Source: a bacterium
GTDB lineage: Bacteria; Zhuqueibacterota; Zhuqueibacteria; Residuimicrobiales; Krinioviventaceae
DNA: 64,000 bases
Direction of reading: 5' to 3'
NCBI GenBank assembly: GCA_963693055.1
Contig: OY843751.1
Span: 4,160,001-4,224,000, forward strand
Position numbers and translations under genes: made by a program. This document shows, piece by piece, positions 17,813 to 26,736 of the stretch. Under the pieces are notes generated by a model. The model did not search any database. It was not told the origin of the DNA and saw only the letters and a program-made list of their open reading frames with translations. Every line of letters begins with the position of its first letter. Positions within the stretch are counted from its first letter, which is position 1.

Positions 17813-19540
17813 TTACCATCCCGCTATCTTGAATTTCACAATATCTTTGGGTGTCAACTTTTCACTCCCCCTTGCTTTCTGTATGGATTTCACATAGGCT
17901 TTATCTACACCATGGATTTTAAAATCTATTAATTCAGATATGGTAATATCATTCAACCCGGTTGAATGAATATCTTTAATATATTGGGAATCAATACCAT
18001 GAATTTTCATTTCTATAAGCTTGGATTTACTTGTATTTTTGTATCCATATTTACCAAGCACTGTAATCATTTCCGGATCAATTCCCTGTATTTTAAAATC
18101 AACAACATCAGATAATGTTACATTTTTCAAACCCGCATTCTGAAGCTCTCTGACATAGTCCGGAGATACGCCATGAATTTTCATTTCTATAATTTTCGAA
18201 TACTTGATATCTGAAAAACCCAGCTTAACAAATGCATTTACATAAAAAGGCTCAACGCCATGAATTTTAAATTCTTCAAGCTGTTCAAGCGTTAAATTTT
18301 CAAGCCCTGTCTTGTGCATTTCAATAATATAGTCTGGTTCCACTCCATGAATCGTTAAATCTACAACTGTTGAGGCCGGCATATCTTTATAGCCCAAGTC
18401 ACCAAGCGCTTTTAACAATTCAGGCTCCACGCCATGCATTTTGAATTCAACCAGTTTCGAAATGGGTAGCGCTTCAAATCCCATCTGCTGCATTTCGCGA
18501 ATGTATTGCGGACGAATATCATGAATTTTCAATTGAATAATTTCAGAATTTTTAATTTGATCATAACCCAACGCTGTAATCCCTTTAACAAATTCGGGCT
18601 CCACGCCATGCATTTTAAATTCGGTCAATTGTTCAAGAGTGAAATTTTTTAATCCCGCATTGTGCATCTTTTTAATATAATCGGGTGAAACATCCTGTAT
18701 TGTCAAATCAACAATTTGTGAAAGAGATATATCATGATAGCCCAATTCATCTAGTGCTTTTACTAATTCGGGTTTTACATCATGTATTTTAAATTCAACC
18801 AGCTTGGAGATTGAAAGCTGATGAAAACCGGCAATATCCATTTCCTGAATATAGCCTGTACTTACACCATGAATCTTGAACGCAACCAAATCTTCAGCAT
18901 CCACATTTTTGTATCCCATAGCCGCAAGGGATTGAATAAAATCCAGATCTACACCATGAATCCGAAAACTTACCAAATCATCTGCACTCAAATCCCGGTA
19001 TCCATATTGATGGAGCGATTTAATAAAATCGATACTGACATTAAAAATAGCAAAAGAAACAAGATCTTTGCTGTTTATTCTTTCATACCCAAGTTTTTTC
19101 AAATCATGAACATATTTTTTATCAATATTACCAAGGCACAAATGCATCAACTGTGTGTCTGACACATCACCAGAAAGGTTCTTTTGCAAAAAGGATTCAA
19201 ATTCCGAATTTGCAATAAACTCAAAAAGTCCAAAGCCTTTGTCTGCACTTGTTCTGCCATTCAATATCAACTTGCCGGCATCACTTTGCAGATAAAATGG
19301 GCCCTCACTGTTCTTGTTTAAATTTTGAAAATCTCTAAAACTGAACAAACCGCTGGTTTCCCACTCTTTCATATTAGACCAGGAACGTTCATTAAACATC
19401 AGTTTCAATTTTAAACTATCACCATTGAATCTAGCTACCCATTCCCCATTTATTGAACCGGCAAACAATTCCACGGACATGAACAACAAAAATATTCCCA
19501 TTTGTATCATTACTTGTTTTTTCATAACATTACTCATCAA
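17813..19540 (-). CDS. Exported protein with ~15 tandem 29-aa helical repeats (KIHGVxPxYIxxLxxxG...)
   Basis: Signal peptide ending ELFA; repeats counted by eye in the translation. Confidence 0.85.
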   Translation of the reverse strand: MMSNVMKKQVMIQMGIFLLFMSVELFAGSINGEWVARFNGDSLKLKLMFNERSWSNMKEWETSGLFSFRDFQNLNKNSEGPFYLQSDAGKLILNGRTSADKGFGLFEFIANSEFESFLQKNLSGDVSDTQLMHLCLGNIDKKYVHDLKKLGYERINSKDLVSFAIFNVSIDFIKSLHQYGYRDLSADDLVSFRIHGVDLDFIQSLAAMGYKNVDAEDLVAFKIHGVSTGYIQEMDIAGFHQLSISKLVEFKIHDVKPELVKALDELGYHDISLSQIVDLTIQDVSPDYIKKMHNAGLKNFTLEQLTEFKMHGVEPEFVKGITALGYDQIKNSEIIQLKIHDIRPQYIREMQQMGFEALPISKLVEFKMHGVEPELLKALGDLGYKDMPASTVVDLTIHGVEPDYIIEMHKTGLENLTLEQLEEFKIHGVEPFYVNAFVKLGFSDIKYSKIIEMKIHGVSPDYVRELQNAGLKNVTLSDVVDFKIQGIDPEMITVLGKYGYKNTSKSKLIEMKIHGIDSQYIKDIHSTGLNDITISELIDFKIHGVDKAYVKSIQKARGSEKLTPKDIVKFKIAGW

Positions 19541-19582
19541 TTTTAAAATTACTGTCTTCCTGCAGGCCGGGTTTCAATAAGA

Positions 19583-19610
19583 TAAACCAGTATTCATCCA
19601 AAAAGTTACA
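19583..19610 (-). promoter_or_regulatory. Putative ECF promoter TGTAAC-N17-GTTTA for the repeat-protein gene
   Basis: Same motif and spacing as the site upstream of the sigma gene. Confidence 0.65.
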
Positions 19611-20403
19611 ACAAGGTCAGAATGCTTTTCTCAATTTTATCCCGTACGTTTTGATCAAGATCCCGATTAGCAAGAAGCTGCTCAAAAGAATATATCGACT
19701 CTTTTTCATGACAAGATACCATTATATCCGCCAGCATTAACAATACCTGGGAGTCCTTTTGAACATTGATGGCATGCACCAATCCTTCCCTCACCATAGG
19801 GTACTCACTGAACCGCGCCAGTGACTGTACTGCCATTAGTCGCACATCCATATTGGGATCACTATTCAATGTCATAAGCAGCGCGTGCACTATAGCAACG
19901 CCCAAAGTATCCAGATCACTTACTCTGCTTACACCCTGTAACCGCTGCACCGCAGATGGATGCTGGATAAGCGTCAACGTCACGAGCTGTTTCATATCAC
20001 TCATTTCTGTTTGCATGGTATTTAAACGGTGCTCATAATCAGTTTGGGGTGTAAACCGTCCTCCCAAAAACCAACCGGTCATCAAGAGTACCAAGCTGTA
20101 TACAGCAACAGCAAACACCCTGGGAGAAAAATCCAAAAAGGCTCTAAATCCCAAAAACCAGTTCAAAAACCTTTCGTCCTTGTGTTCCTGCATTGCGAGC
20201 ATATCATAAAAGCGGGTATCCAATCTCTCACTGGGCTCAGGTACATCAAGTTTATCCAGGTTTTCATTCACAGATTCGAGCGACTCAAACTCTTTCATAT
20301 CGTAACCGGCTTTAATCAATGCAGCCTCTAGCCGATGTCGTTCATCAGAACCCGGACGGCTCTCCAGATATGCCAATACCAATAATTCTATATTTTTATC
20401 CAT
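19606..20403 (-). CDS. Anti-sigma factor (cytoplasmic N-terminus, TM, coiled coil, HEAT-repeat domain)
   Basis: Overlaps the ECF stop; single TM; LNSDPNMDVRLMAVQSL is HEAT-like. Confidence 0.8.
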   Translation of the reverse strand: MDKNIELLVLAYLESRPGSDERHRLEAALIKAGYDMKEFESLESVNENLDKLDVPEPSERLDTRFYDMLAMQEHKDERFLNWFLGFRAFLDFSPRVFAVAVYSLVLLMTGWFLGGRFTPQTDYEHRLNTMQTEMSDMKQLVTLTLIQHPSAVQRLQGVSRVSDLDTLGVAIVHALLMTLNSDPNMDVRLMAVQSLARFSEYPMVREGLVHAINVQKDSQVLLMLADIMVSCHEKESIYSFEQLLANRDLDQNVRDKIEKSILTLL

Positions 20404-20947
20404 GATTCATATTTTCCATTTGTAAATAAATATCTTTTAATTCATTCAATGCCCGGAACACCTTGATCTTGACATTTCCTTCCGAGCAGTTTAGTATCTT
20501 TCCTATCTCTTTGTATTTTAATCCCTGATATTTACTCAAAATTAATATTTCACGTTTATTTTTGTCCAGTTTATTCAGTGCTTTATCAAGCATTTGCAGA
20601 TTTTCTTTTTGAATATATTGTGTGTCATGATCAAAATCGTCCTCCAGTTCCGCTTCCAACTTTTCCGGCATGTCCTTGTATCGGTTATTCTTGCGGGTGT
20701 GATCAACAAAAACATTATGCGCTATCTGGTACATCCAGGCTGAAAAAGAACCATATCCTGAAAACCTTTGTCTGTATTTTAACATGCTCATAAACACATT
20801 CTGAACAAGGTCTTCGCTGCTTTGATGGTTCCGCGTCAAACGAAAAAAATATGCAAACAAATTCTGTTTATAACGTTCAAACAGAATTGCCAGTTTATCT
20901 GTCTCTCCGGATTTTACCCAAAGCATAATCTCTATATCGGAATACAG
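20396..20947 (-). CDS. ECF sigma-70 family RNA polymerase sigma factor
   Basis: SEDLVQNVF and FSAWMYQIAHN (region 2); LKYKEIGKILNCSEGNVKIKVFRA (region 4). Likely CTG start at 20947 after GGAGG; the track uses ATG 20926. Confidence 0.92.
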   Translation of the reverse strand: MYSDIEIMLWVKSGETDKLAILFERYKQNLFAYFFRLTRNHQSSEDLVQNVFMSMLKYRQRFSGYGSFSAWMYQIAHNVFVDHTRKNNRYKDMPEKLEAELEDDFDHDTQYIQKENLQMLDKALNKLDKNKREILILSKYQGLKYKEIGKILNCSEGNVKIKVFRALNELKDIYLQMENMNHG

Positions 20948-20990
20948 TCCAGACCTCCAATTATAATAATATCACACATTGATATTATTA

Positions 20991-21018
20991 TAAACTGATC
21001 TTTATTAAAAAGGTTACA
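20991..21018 (-). promoter_or_regulatory. Putative autoregulatory ECF promoter TGTAAC-N17-GTTTA
   Basis: Minus strand TGTAAC-CTTTTTAATAAAGATCA-GTTTA; an AAC-containing -35 is typical of ECF promoters. Confidence 0.65.
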
Positions 21019-21155
21019 GCAAACACATATTTTTCTTACTGAATGCGAACAAATTTTATTTCTATTATACCAAAATATTTTTTATATTTACACACTTTTG
21101 GTGGGTCAAATCAATATATATTAAAACAATATTCAAGCGAATATCGGGAGCAAAA

Positions 21156-21695
21156 ATGCCCAAATGTAAAATAGTATTATTTATCATCTTTACACTATTT
21201 TTATCATCCACAGCTTTTTCACAATATTATAATAACAGCGAAAAAGGGAATCTGGGGCTGGGTGTACAGCTCAGTTATCCTTTCTACGGAGTCAGCGCGC
21301 AGTTGAATTTTATTGATAGAATAGGTATCCAGGGGATTTTTGGATTAAATTCAGACATTAAATCTTACAGCGGTAAATTATCCTATAATGTAATACACAA
21401 TTATAATTACAATTTCTACGTCTATGGTGTTTATGGACGCTATGAATATACGGATTGGGCTTTTACCGGATTCTTATTATTGGAAGAGATAACTGAAAAA
21501 AAGAATGGTTATGGCTTTGGGTTTGGAGTTGATACCAATTATCTGAGCAACAAGGCCCTTGTCCCGGTATGGGCTAATTTTGAAGTGGGTTATGGTTATG
21601 TAGATTTCGAATACCTGAACTTTGACACTCCGGCCATTACAGTAGGTGTAGGTCTGCATTACTATTTTGATTTCAGCAATTCTTCAAATTTCTAA
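21156..21695 (+). CDS. Small outer-membrane beta-barrel-like hypothetical protein
   Basis: Signal peptide AFS|Q, Gly/aromatic strands, GVGLHYYF near the C-terminus. Confidence 0.7.
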   Translation: MPKCKIVLFIIFTLFLSSTAFSQYYNNSEKGNLGLGVQLSYPFYGVSAQLNFIDRIGIQGIFGLNSDIKSYSGKLSYNVIHNYNYNFYVYGVYGRYEYTDWAFTGFLLLEEITEKKNGYGFGFGVDTNYLSNKALVPVWANFEVGYGYVDFEYLNFDTPAITVGVGLHYYFDFSNSSNF

Positions 21696-21716
21696 ACTTC
21701 TCTCTTGACTTTACTC

Positions 21717-21745
21717 TTGATTTCCTGCATTTCATAGAGTATAAT
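21717..21745 (+). promoter_or_regulatory. Sigma-70 promoter of ggt
   Basis: TTGATT-17 nt-TATAAT, then a CAGGAGG RBS. Confidence 0.6.
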
Positions 21746-21761
21746 ATATAAACAGGAGGTT

Positions 21762-23462
21762 TTGATGAAAATAACCAGGCAACTCTCTCTTTTAATATTT
21801 TTCCTGATCTCGAACACATTTGCTATTGGCGGCAGAACTCCTGTCTATGCTGAAAAAGGGATGGTGGTTACCAGTTCTCAACCGGCATCTCTGGCAGGCC
21901 TCTACGTTCTAAAAAATGGCGGCAATGCCATAGATGCTGCCATTGCAACGGCGTTTGCCATGTCTGTCACCTGGCCTCCTGCAGGCAATATCGCCGGGGG
22001 TGGTTTTATGGTTATTCATTTCCCCGATGGCAAAGTAACAACAATAGATTTTCGGGAAAAAGCCCCCCTCGCCTCTACTGGAAATATGTATCTCGATAAA
22101 AATGGCAAGATTAATAATAATAGCAACCATGACGGATTACTGGCAGTAGGTGTTCCCGGTACAGTAGCCGGTCTCTGGCTTGCGCACCAAAAATATGGCA
22201 GTACATCCTGGGGCGACCTTTTAGCACCTGCAATTGATCTTGCGGAAAACGGATTTCCCATGCCTCGTTCTGTTTATAATGATGTAACCGGTTATCTTGC
22301 CCCCTATCTCAATCAATGGCCATCAACCAAAGCCATCTTTTATAAAGACGAGAATTCTCCGGTTGCTCCCGGAGAAAACTGGCAGCAGCCGGATCTGGCA
22401 GCCACACTTAAACGCATCCAGGAAAAAGGGCACGATGGTTTTTACAAAGGAGAAACCGCACAAAAACTGGCAACGTTCATGCACGAGAATGGCGGTATCA
22501 TTACAGAGCAAGACCTTGCCGCGTATCAGGCAATTGAACGGAAACCAATTCACGGTACCTACAGGGGATACGATATTTACTCTATGCCCCCGCCAAGCTC
22601 CGGCGGAGTAGCAATTGTAGAAATGTTAAACATGCTCGAGCCATATAACCTTTCTGAAATGGAGCACAATTCAGCGCAATACCTTCATCTATTGACCGAA
22701 GTCATGCGACGTGCTTTTGCAGACCGCGCACAATATTTGGGTGATCCTGATTTTAATCCCAACATCCCTATCCAAATGCTTTTATCAAAAGAACATGCCG
22801 GCGAATTGAGAAAAACAATAGATCTCAACACCGCATCTAAAAGCGATTCTGCACTGTTCAATCAGGTGTATGAAAGTGATCAAACGACACATTTTGTAGT
22901 CATGGACGAACAAGGTACGGCAGTTTCCCTGACCTATACACTCGAACAAAGCTATGGTTCAAAAATCGTTGCGGAAGGGTTGGGCTTTTTACTCAATAAT
23001 GAAATGGGCGATTTTAATCCGGTACCCGGAATAACAAACACAAAAGGACAAATCGGTACCCCTCCAAACCGTATTGCCCCGGAAAAACGCATGCTCTCCA
23101 GCATGTCTCCCACAATAGTTGCCAGAGACGGAAAACCGGTACTGCTGATCGGTAGTCCCGGTGGACGTACCATAATAAATACAGTGCTACAAGTGATATT
23201 AAATGTAACAGATCATAATATGAATGTAGCTCAGGCCATTGAAGCCGGACGGATGCATCATCAATGGCAGCCGGATGTATCCCGGTTTGAAAAATTTGGT
23301 ATCTCACCAGACACCAAAGCCTTGTATGAAGACATGGGCCACCCATGCAAATGGATCAGCTCGCAGGGTTGCGCCATGGGCATCATGCTGGATCCCGAAA
23401 CAGGAACCATAACCGGTGCGTCTGACTCGCGTAGCTCCGAGGGTTGGGCAGCGGGTTATTAA
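21762..23462 (+). CDS. ggt: Gamma-glutamyltransferase
   Basis: GGNAIDAA, IDFREKAP, PPPSSGG, Q|TTHF nucleophile Thr, LSSMSP, GSPGG. Confidence 0.97.
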   Translation: MMKITRQLSLLIFFLISNTFAIGGRTPVYAEKGMVVTSSQPASLAGLYVLKNGGNAIDAAIATAFAMSVTWPPAGNIAGGGFMVIHFPDGKVTTIDFREKAPLASTGNMYLDKNGKINNNSNHDGLLAVGVPGTVAGLWLAHQKYGSTSWGDLLAPAIDLAENGFPMPRSVYNDVTGYLAPYLNQWPSTKAIFYKDENSPVAPGENWQQPDLAATLKRIQEKGHDGFYKGETAQKLATFMHENGGIITEQDLAAYQAIERKPIHGTYRGYDIYSMPPPSSGGVAIVEMLNMLEPYNLSEMEHNSAQYLHLLTEVMRRAFADRAQYLGDPDFNPNIPIQMLLSKEHAGELRKTIDLNTASKSDSALFNQVYESDQTTHFVVMDEQGTAVSLTYTLEQSYGSKIVAEGLGFLLNNEMGDFNPVPGITNTKGQIGTPPNRIAPEKRMLSSMSPTIVARDGKPVLLIGSPGGRTIINTVLQVILNVTDHNMNVAQAIEAGRMHHQWQPDVSRFEKFGISPDTKALYEDMGHPCKWISSQGCAMGIMLDPETGTITGASDSRSSEGWAAGY

Positions 23463-23517
23463 CAAGCTAACTTGATTTCATTTCAAAATGACAGTTACAT
23501 ATTTTTTAAAACAGTAA

Positions 23518-24363
23518 ATGATTGGAAAACATGTGAATATATGCAAAATGGGCATCGATCTGGGTGGGACAAAACTTTTATGTTTTGCAAATAATGGCGA
23601 CCAAATCTTTCAAGAAAAATTCACAACAGGAAACGCTGCTACAATAGAACAGATAAATAATTGTATATCAGAATTTATTATAAAACACAAAATCAATCCT
23701 GAAATCATGGGCATTGCTATTCCAGGTTTAATAGAAAATAATTCTCTCATTATTGAATCAGATGTCTTGCAAAACCTCAACAATTACGAAAGCAGTGATT
23801 TCCTCCCGGAATTTCGTATACCTAAAATTTTGCTCAATGATGTAGATGCATCCGCTATTTATGCTAAAATGCAATATCCGGATAAACAATTTATCCTTTC
23901 TGTAATGGCAGGCACCGGCATTGGTTTAGGTATCTATATCAATAACAAGCTTTTCAAAGGTAGAAATGGGTTTGCCGGTGAGTTGGGGTACATGCCACTA
24001 CCGACATTGAATGGCACCAAAAATCTCGACCAACTTGCCTCAGGCACTTCAATCCTTGAATCTTTTGCAGGTGATGCAGTAGCCCTCTCACATGCATTAG
24101 AATCAAATGATGCGAATGCGGTACAAATTATTGACAGAGCAGCTACTCATCTGGGTATTGCACTTGCAGGCTTGATTAACATCTTTAATCCTGATTTGCT
24201 GGCAATTGGTGGAGGTACATGTAGATTCCTGAATTATTTTGATATTTGCAAAAACACAGTAATTGAAAACACAAATCCATTTCTTTTAAAAGATCTTGAT
24301 ATTGTATTAATTGAAACGAATTTGAATGTGGCTAAAGGTGCTTTACAATTTGCACAATTATAA
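23518..24363 (+). CDS. ROK family sugar kinase
   Basis: GIDLGGTK, LLNDVDA, GTGIGLG, GFAGELG; no HTH. Confidence 0.88.
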   Translation: MIGKHVNICKMGIDLGGTKLLCFANNGDQIFQEKFTTGNAATIEQINNCISEFIIKHKINPEIMGIAIPGLIENNSLIIESDVLQNLNNYESSDFLPEFRIPKILLNDVDASAIYAKMQYPDKQFILSVMAGTGIGLGIYINNKLFKGRNGFAGELGYMPLPTLNGTKNLDQLASGTSILESFAGDAVALSHALESNDANAVQIIDRAATHLGIALAGLINIFNPDLLAIGGGTCRFLNYFDICKNTVIENTNPFLLKDLDIVLIETNLNVAKGALQFAQL

Positions 24364-24447
24364 AAAGTAATTGAATATGATTTTTATTCTGTTTTAATTG
24401 TATAACGGATAGTTTTATATTATTAAAAAACAAAAAGGACTCATCCT

Positions 24448-25614
24448 ATGAAACCAATTCCATTAACTCCAATAGAATATATATTTACCGGTGCCGGCTC
24501 TCAGCCCATTACCTTTGCTTTCTATTATAAAGAGCACCTAAACCCGGAACTGCTCATGGGTCATTTAAAAGAAACGCTGGAACAGTTCCCCATTTTATCC
24601 AGCAGACTCGTTAAAATCTCGGAACAGGAATACGGATTCAAATACGAGCAGGATGCCCTAACATTTCTAGTTCGCACTTCAGGACCCGATTTTGATGAAA
24701 CATCAAGCGTTCTGAATTATATTGAACCTATCCAAACCATAGAGGATGCACCTCTCGCCCGCATCACGTTAACCCAAACAGAAAACGGATCGGTTCTGGC
24801 GGCTAGTATCTCTCACGCGCTTGTAGATGGATTCAGTTTTTTCCATTTTTTATCAACCTGGGCCAGAAATACACGTAATGACCGCTCATTGCCGCCATCA
24901 CTCGATCGTACAACTTTTGATCATCACCTGCATTCCAATCCATTTGAAAAAATTACAGCTAAAAAAATTCTTGAGCAAAGTGGATTGTTTTTCGGAGAAA
25001 AACGGATGGAAACAGATCCATTATCCGTTCAACAGGAAAGAGAATTTATTTCCATAGAAACCATCCGAACACATTTACTCAAATTCAAAAAAATTAATCC
25101 AGATATTTCTTTGACCGACAATGATATCATAACCGCCATGTTGTGGAAAAAATATGTACCCCAATGGTGCCATACAAATATCCCGGAAACTTTTATTACC
25201 TGCCCTGTCGATTTACGCAGGGTTGTAAAACCGCTTTCGAGAAATTACCTGGGCTGCGCAATAGCGTTTGCTACTGCTTCAATAAAACTAGAGGATTTAG
25301 AAAATAAAACCATTGGCGAAATTGCTGTTATTGTCAAAAATGCTGTCAAAAGTGTCAACACAGAAACAGCCATAGCAGCCATGCAAACGTTGGATATTTT
25401 TAGAAAAGAAAACGGGCCACAAGCTTTTGAACATTTGCATCTCTGTCACCCCGGAAACGGTATGATTGTCACCAATCTAACCAGAATGCCGGTTCAGGAC
25501 ATTAACTTTACAGGTTCAGGACCCAAAGGTTATCTCACCTTTACCGATGTTTCCGGAGGTGCTGCTATACTTGCATCTGAAGACGGTGTAGAAGTTTTGG
25601 TATCAATGCCCTAA
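24448..25614 (+). CDS. CoA-dependent acyltransferase (BAHD/transferase-like, HxxxD)
   Basis: FPILSSRL, SHALVDG, PVDLRR, NYLGCA and a DINFTGSG variant of DFGWG. Confidence 0.8.
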   Translation: MKPIPLTPIEYIFTGAGSQPITFAFYYKEHLNPELLMGHLKETLEQFPILSSRLVKISEQEYGFKYEQDALTFLVRTSGPDFDETSSVLNYIEPIQTIEDAPLARITLTQTENGSVLAASISHALVDGFSFFHFLSTWARNTRNDRSLPPSLDRTTFDHHLHSNPFEKITAKKILEQSGLFFGEKRMETDPLSVQQEREFISIETIRTHLLKFKKINPDISLTDNDIITAMLWKKYVPQWCHTNIPETFITCPVDLRRVVKPLSRNYLGCAIAFATASIKLEDLENKTIGEIAVIVKNAVKSVNTETAIAAMQTLDIFRKENGPQAFEHLHLCHPGNGMIVTNLTRMPVQDINFTGSGPKGYLTFTDVSGGAAILASEDGVEVLVSMP

Positions 25615-25674
25615 AACGTAATTTGTCTTTTTGTAATTTTTCCTAAAGATTAACTAAAATGAATCGAGGCAGCG

Positions 25675-26607
25675 ATGAACAAGTACTTGAAATATGTTTT
25701 CATACTCTCTTTAATTTTCACTTACCCGAGCTGTCAAAAACAAAAAACCTTAAATCCAGAGCCTTCTCCAATCACTATTTCACTTGCCAGACCCAACTTT
25801 ATTACAGTTTTAAACAATAATCATCCTGGCAACAGGATCGGTTACCGGCTCCACGAACACGAACCCATAACATATGGACAAATCCCCTCAACGTTACAGG
25901 AAGCCAATATAGACACCCTGCAAATCAATACCATTCTGGGAAAATTGAAAAATGACACAACCTGCTTTATCTATAAACTGCAAGTTGAAAAAGACGAACA
26001 TTGGACAAAACAAACCTGGACTTATTATCTAAAACCAGTCAATGATGGTATAGAATTATACTGGCTAATACAAACCTATGACAAAGGATTGCCCGAATAT
26101 CATGGCGTGCAGCAATGTTTTCGATTAGGTGGTCCTTCAAACAAAGAATGGAGAAGAGAAATCGCAAATACACCAGCCTTTAGTGAATATGAACTATGGA
26201 AAACCGACTCTACCAGATCTCTCTCTTTTGTAATCAGACATGATCAATGTCAACAATTACCAGCATCGTCTCACACCGTTGGAGCAAGAACACCACTGGG
26301 TATCCGCATAGATAACCTGCGGACAAACAATAATCCCATGAAATACGTTGGTCCCTATAAAGCAGAAATGCTTGCCCCAATAGACAATGGATTAATCTTT
26401 CGCAGCGATACCACCAATACATGGGTATGTGGAATCTATTGGCAAAACACATCACACGTAACCAATCATCATCCGGCAGATTGTTTACATACAATCGTCA
26501 ATATCGGAAACATTCCCCCCATTTCTAAAAGACTATTGAAAGGTAAAATATTTTGGTACAAAGGAGATAGATCAACACTGGCCAATATTTCGGATAATTT
26601 GCATTAA
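25675..26607 (+). CDS. Hypothetical lipoprotein
   Basis: GAGG RBS, N-terminal hydrophobic stretch with Cys, 310 aa ORF; no family recognised. Confidence 0.7.
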   Translation: MNKYLKYVFILSLIFTYPSCQKQKTLNPEPSPITISLARPNFITVLNNNHPGNRIGYRLHEHEPITYGQIPSTLQEANIDTLQINTILGKLKNDTTCFIYKLQVEKDEHWTKQTWTYYLKPVNDGIELYWLIQTYDKGLPEYHGVQQCFRLGGPSNKEWRREIANTPAFSEYELWKTDSTRSLSFVIRHDQCQQLPASSHTVGARTPLGIRIDNLRTNNNPMKYVGPYKAEMLAPIDNGLIFRSDTTNTWVCGIYWQNTSHVTNHHPADCLHTIVNIGNIPPISKRLLKGKIFWYKGDRSTLANISDNLH

Positions 26608-26736
26608 TCGGATTGAATTATGCTTGAAAAAAACATGCTATTCCAAGTTTAAAAGTTTTTTCTTTGCTTTTGTTCAATAAAAACAGTATACTAGAACACA
26701 TTTGTAAATATAGTAAGCAGGGCCAATTCAAGAAAG

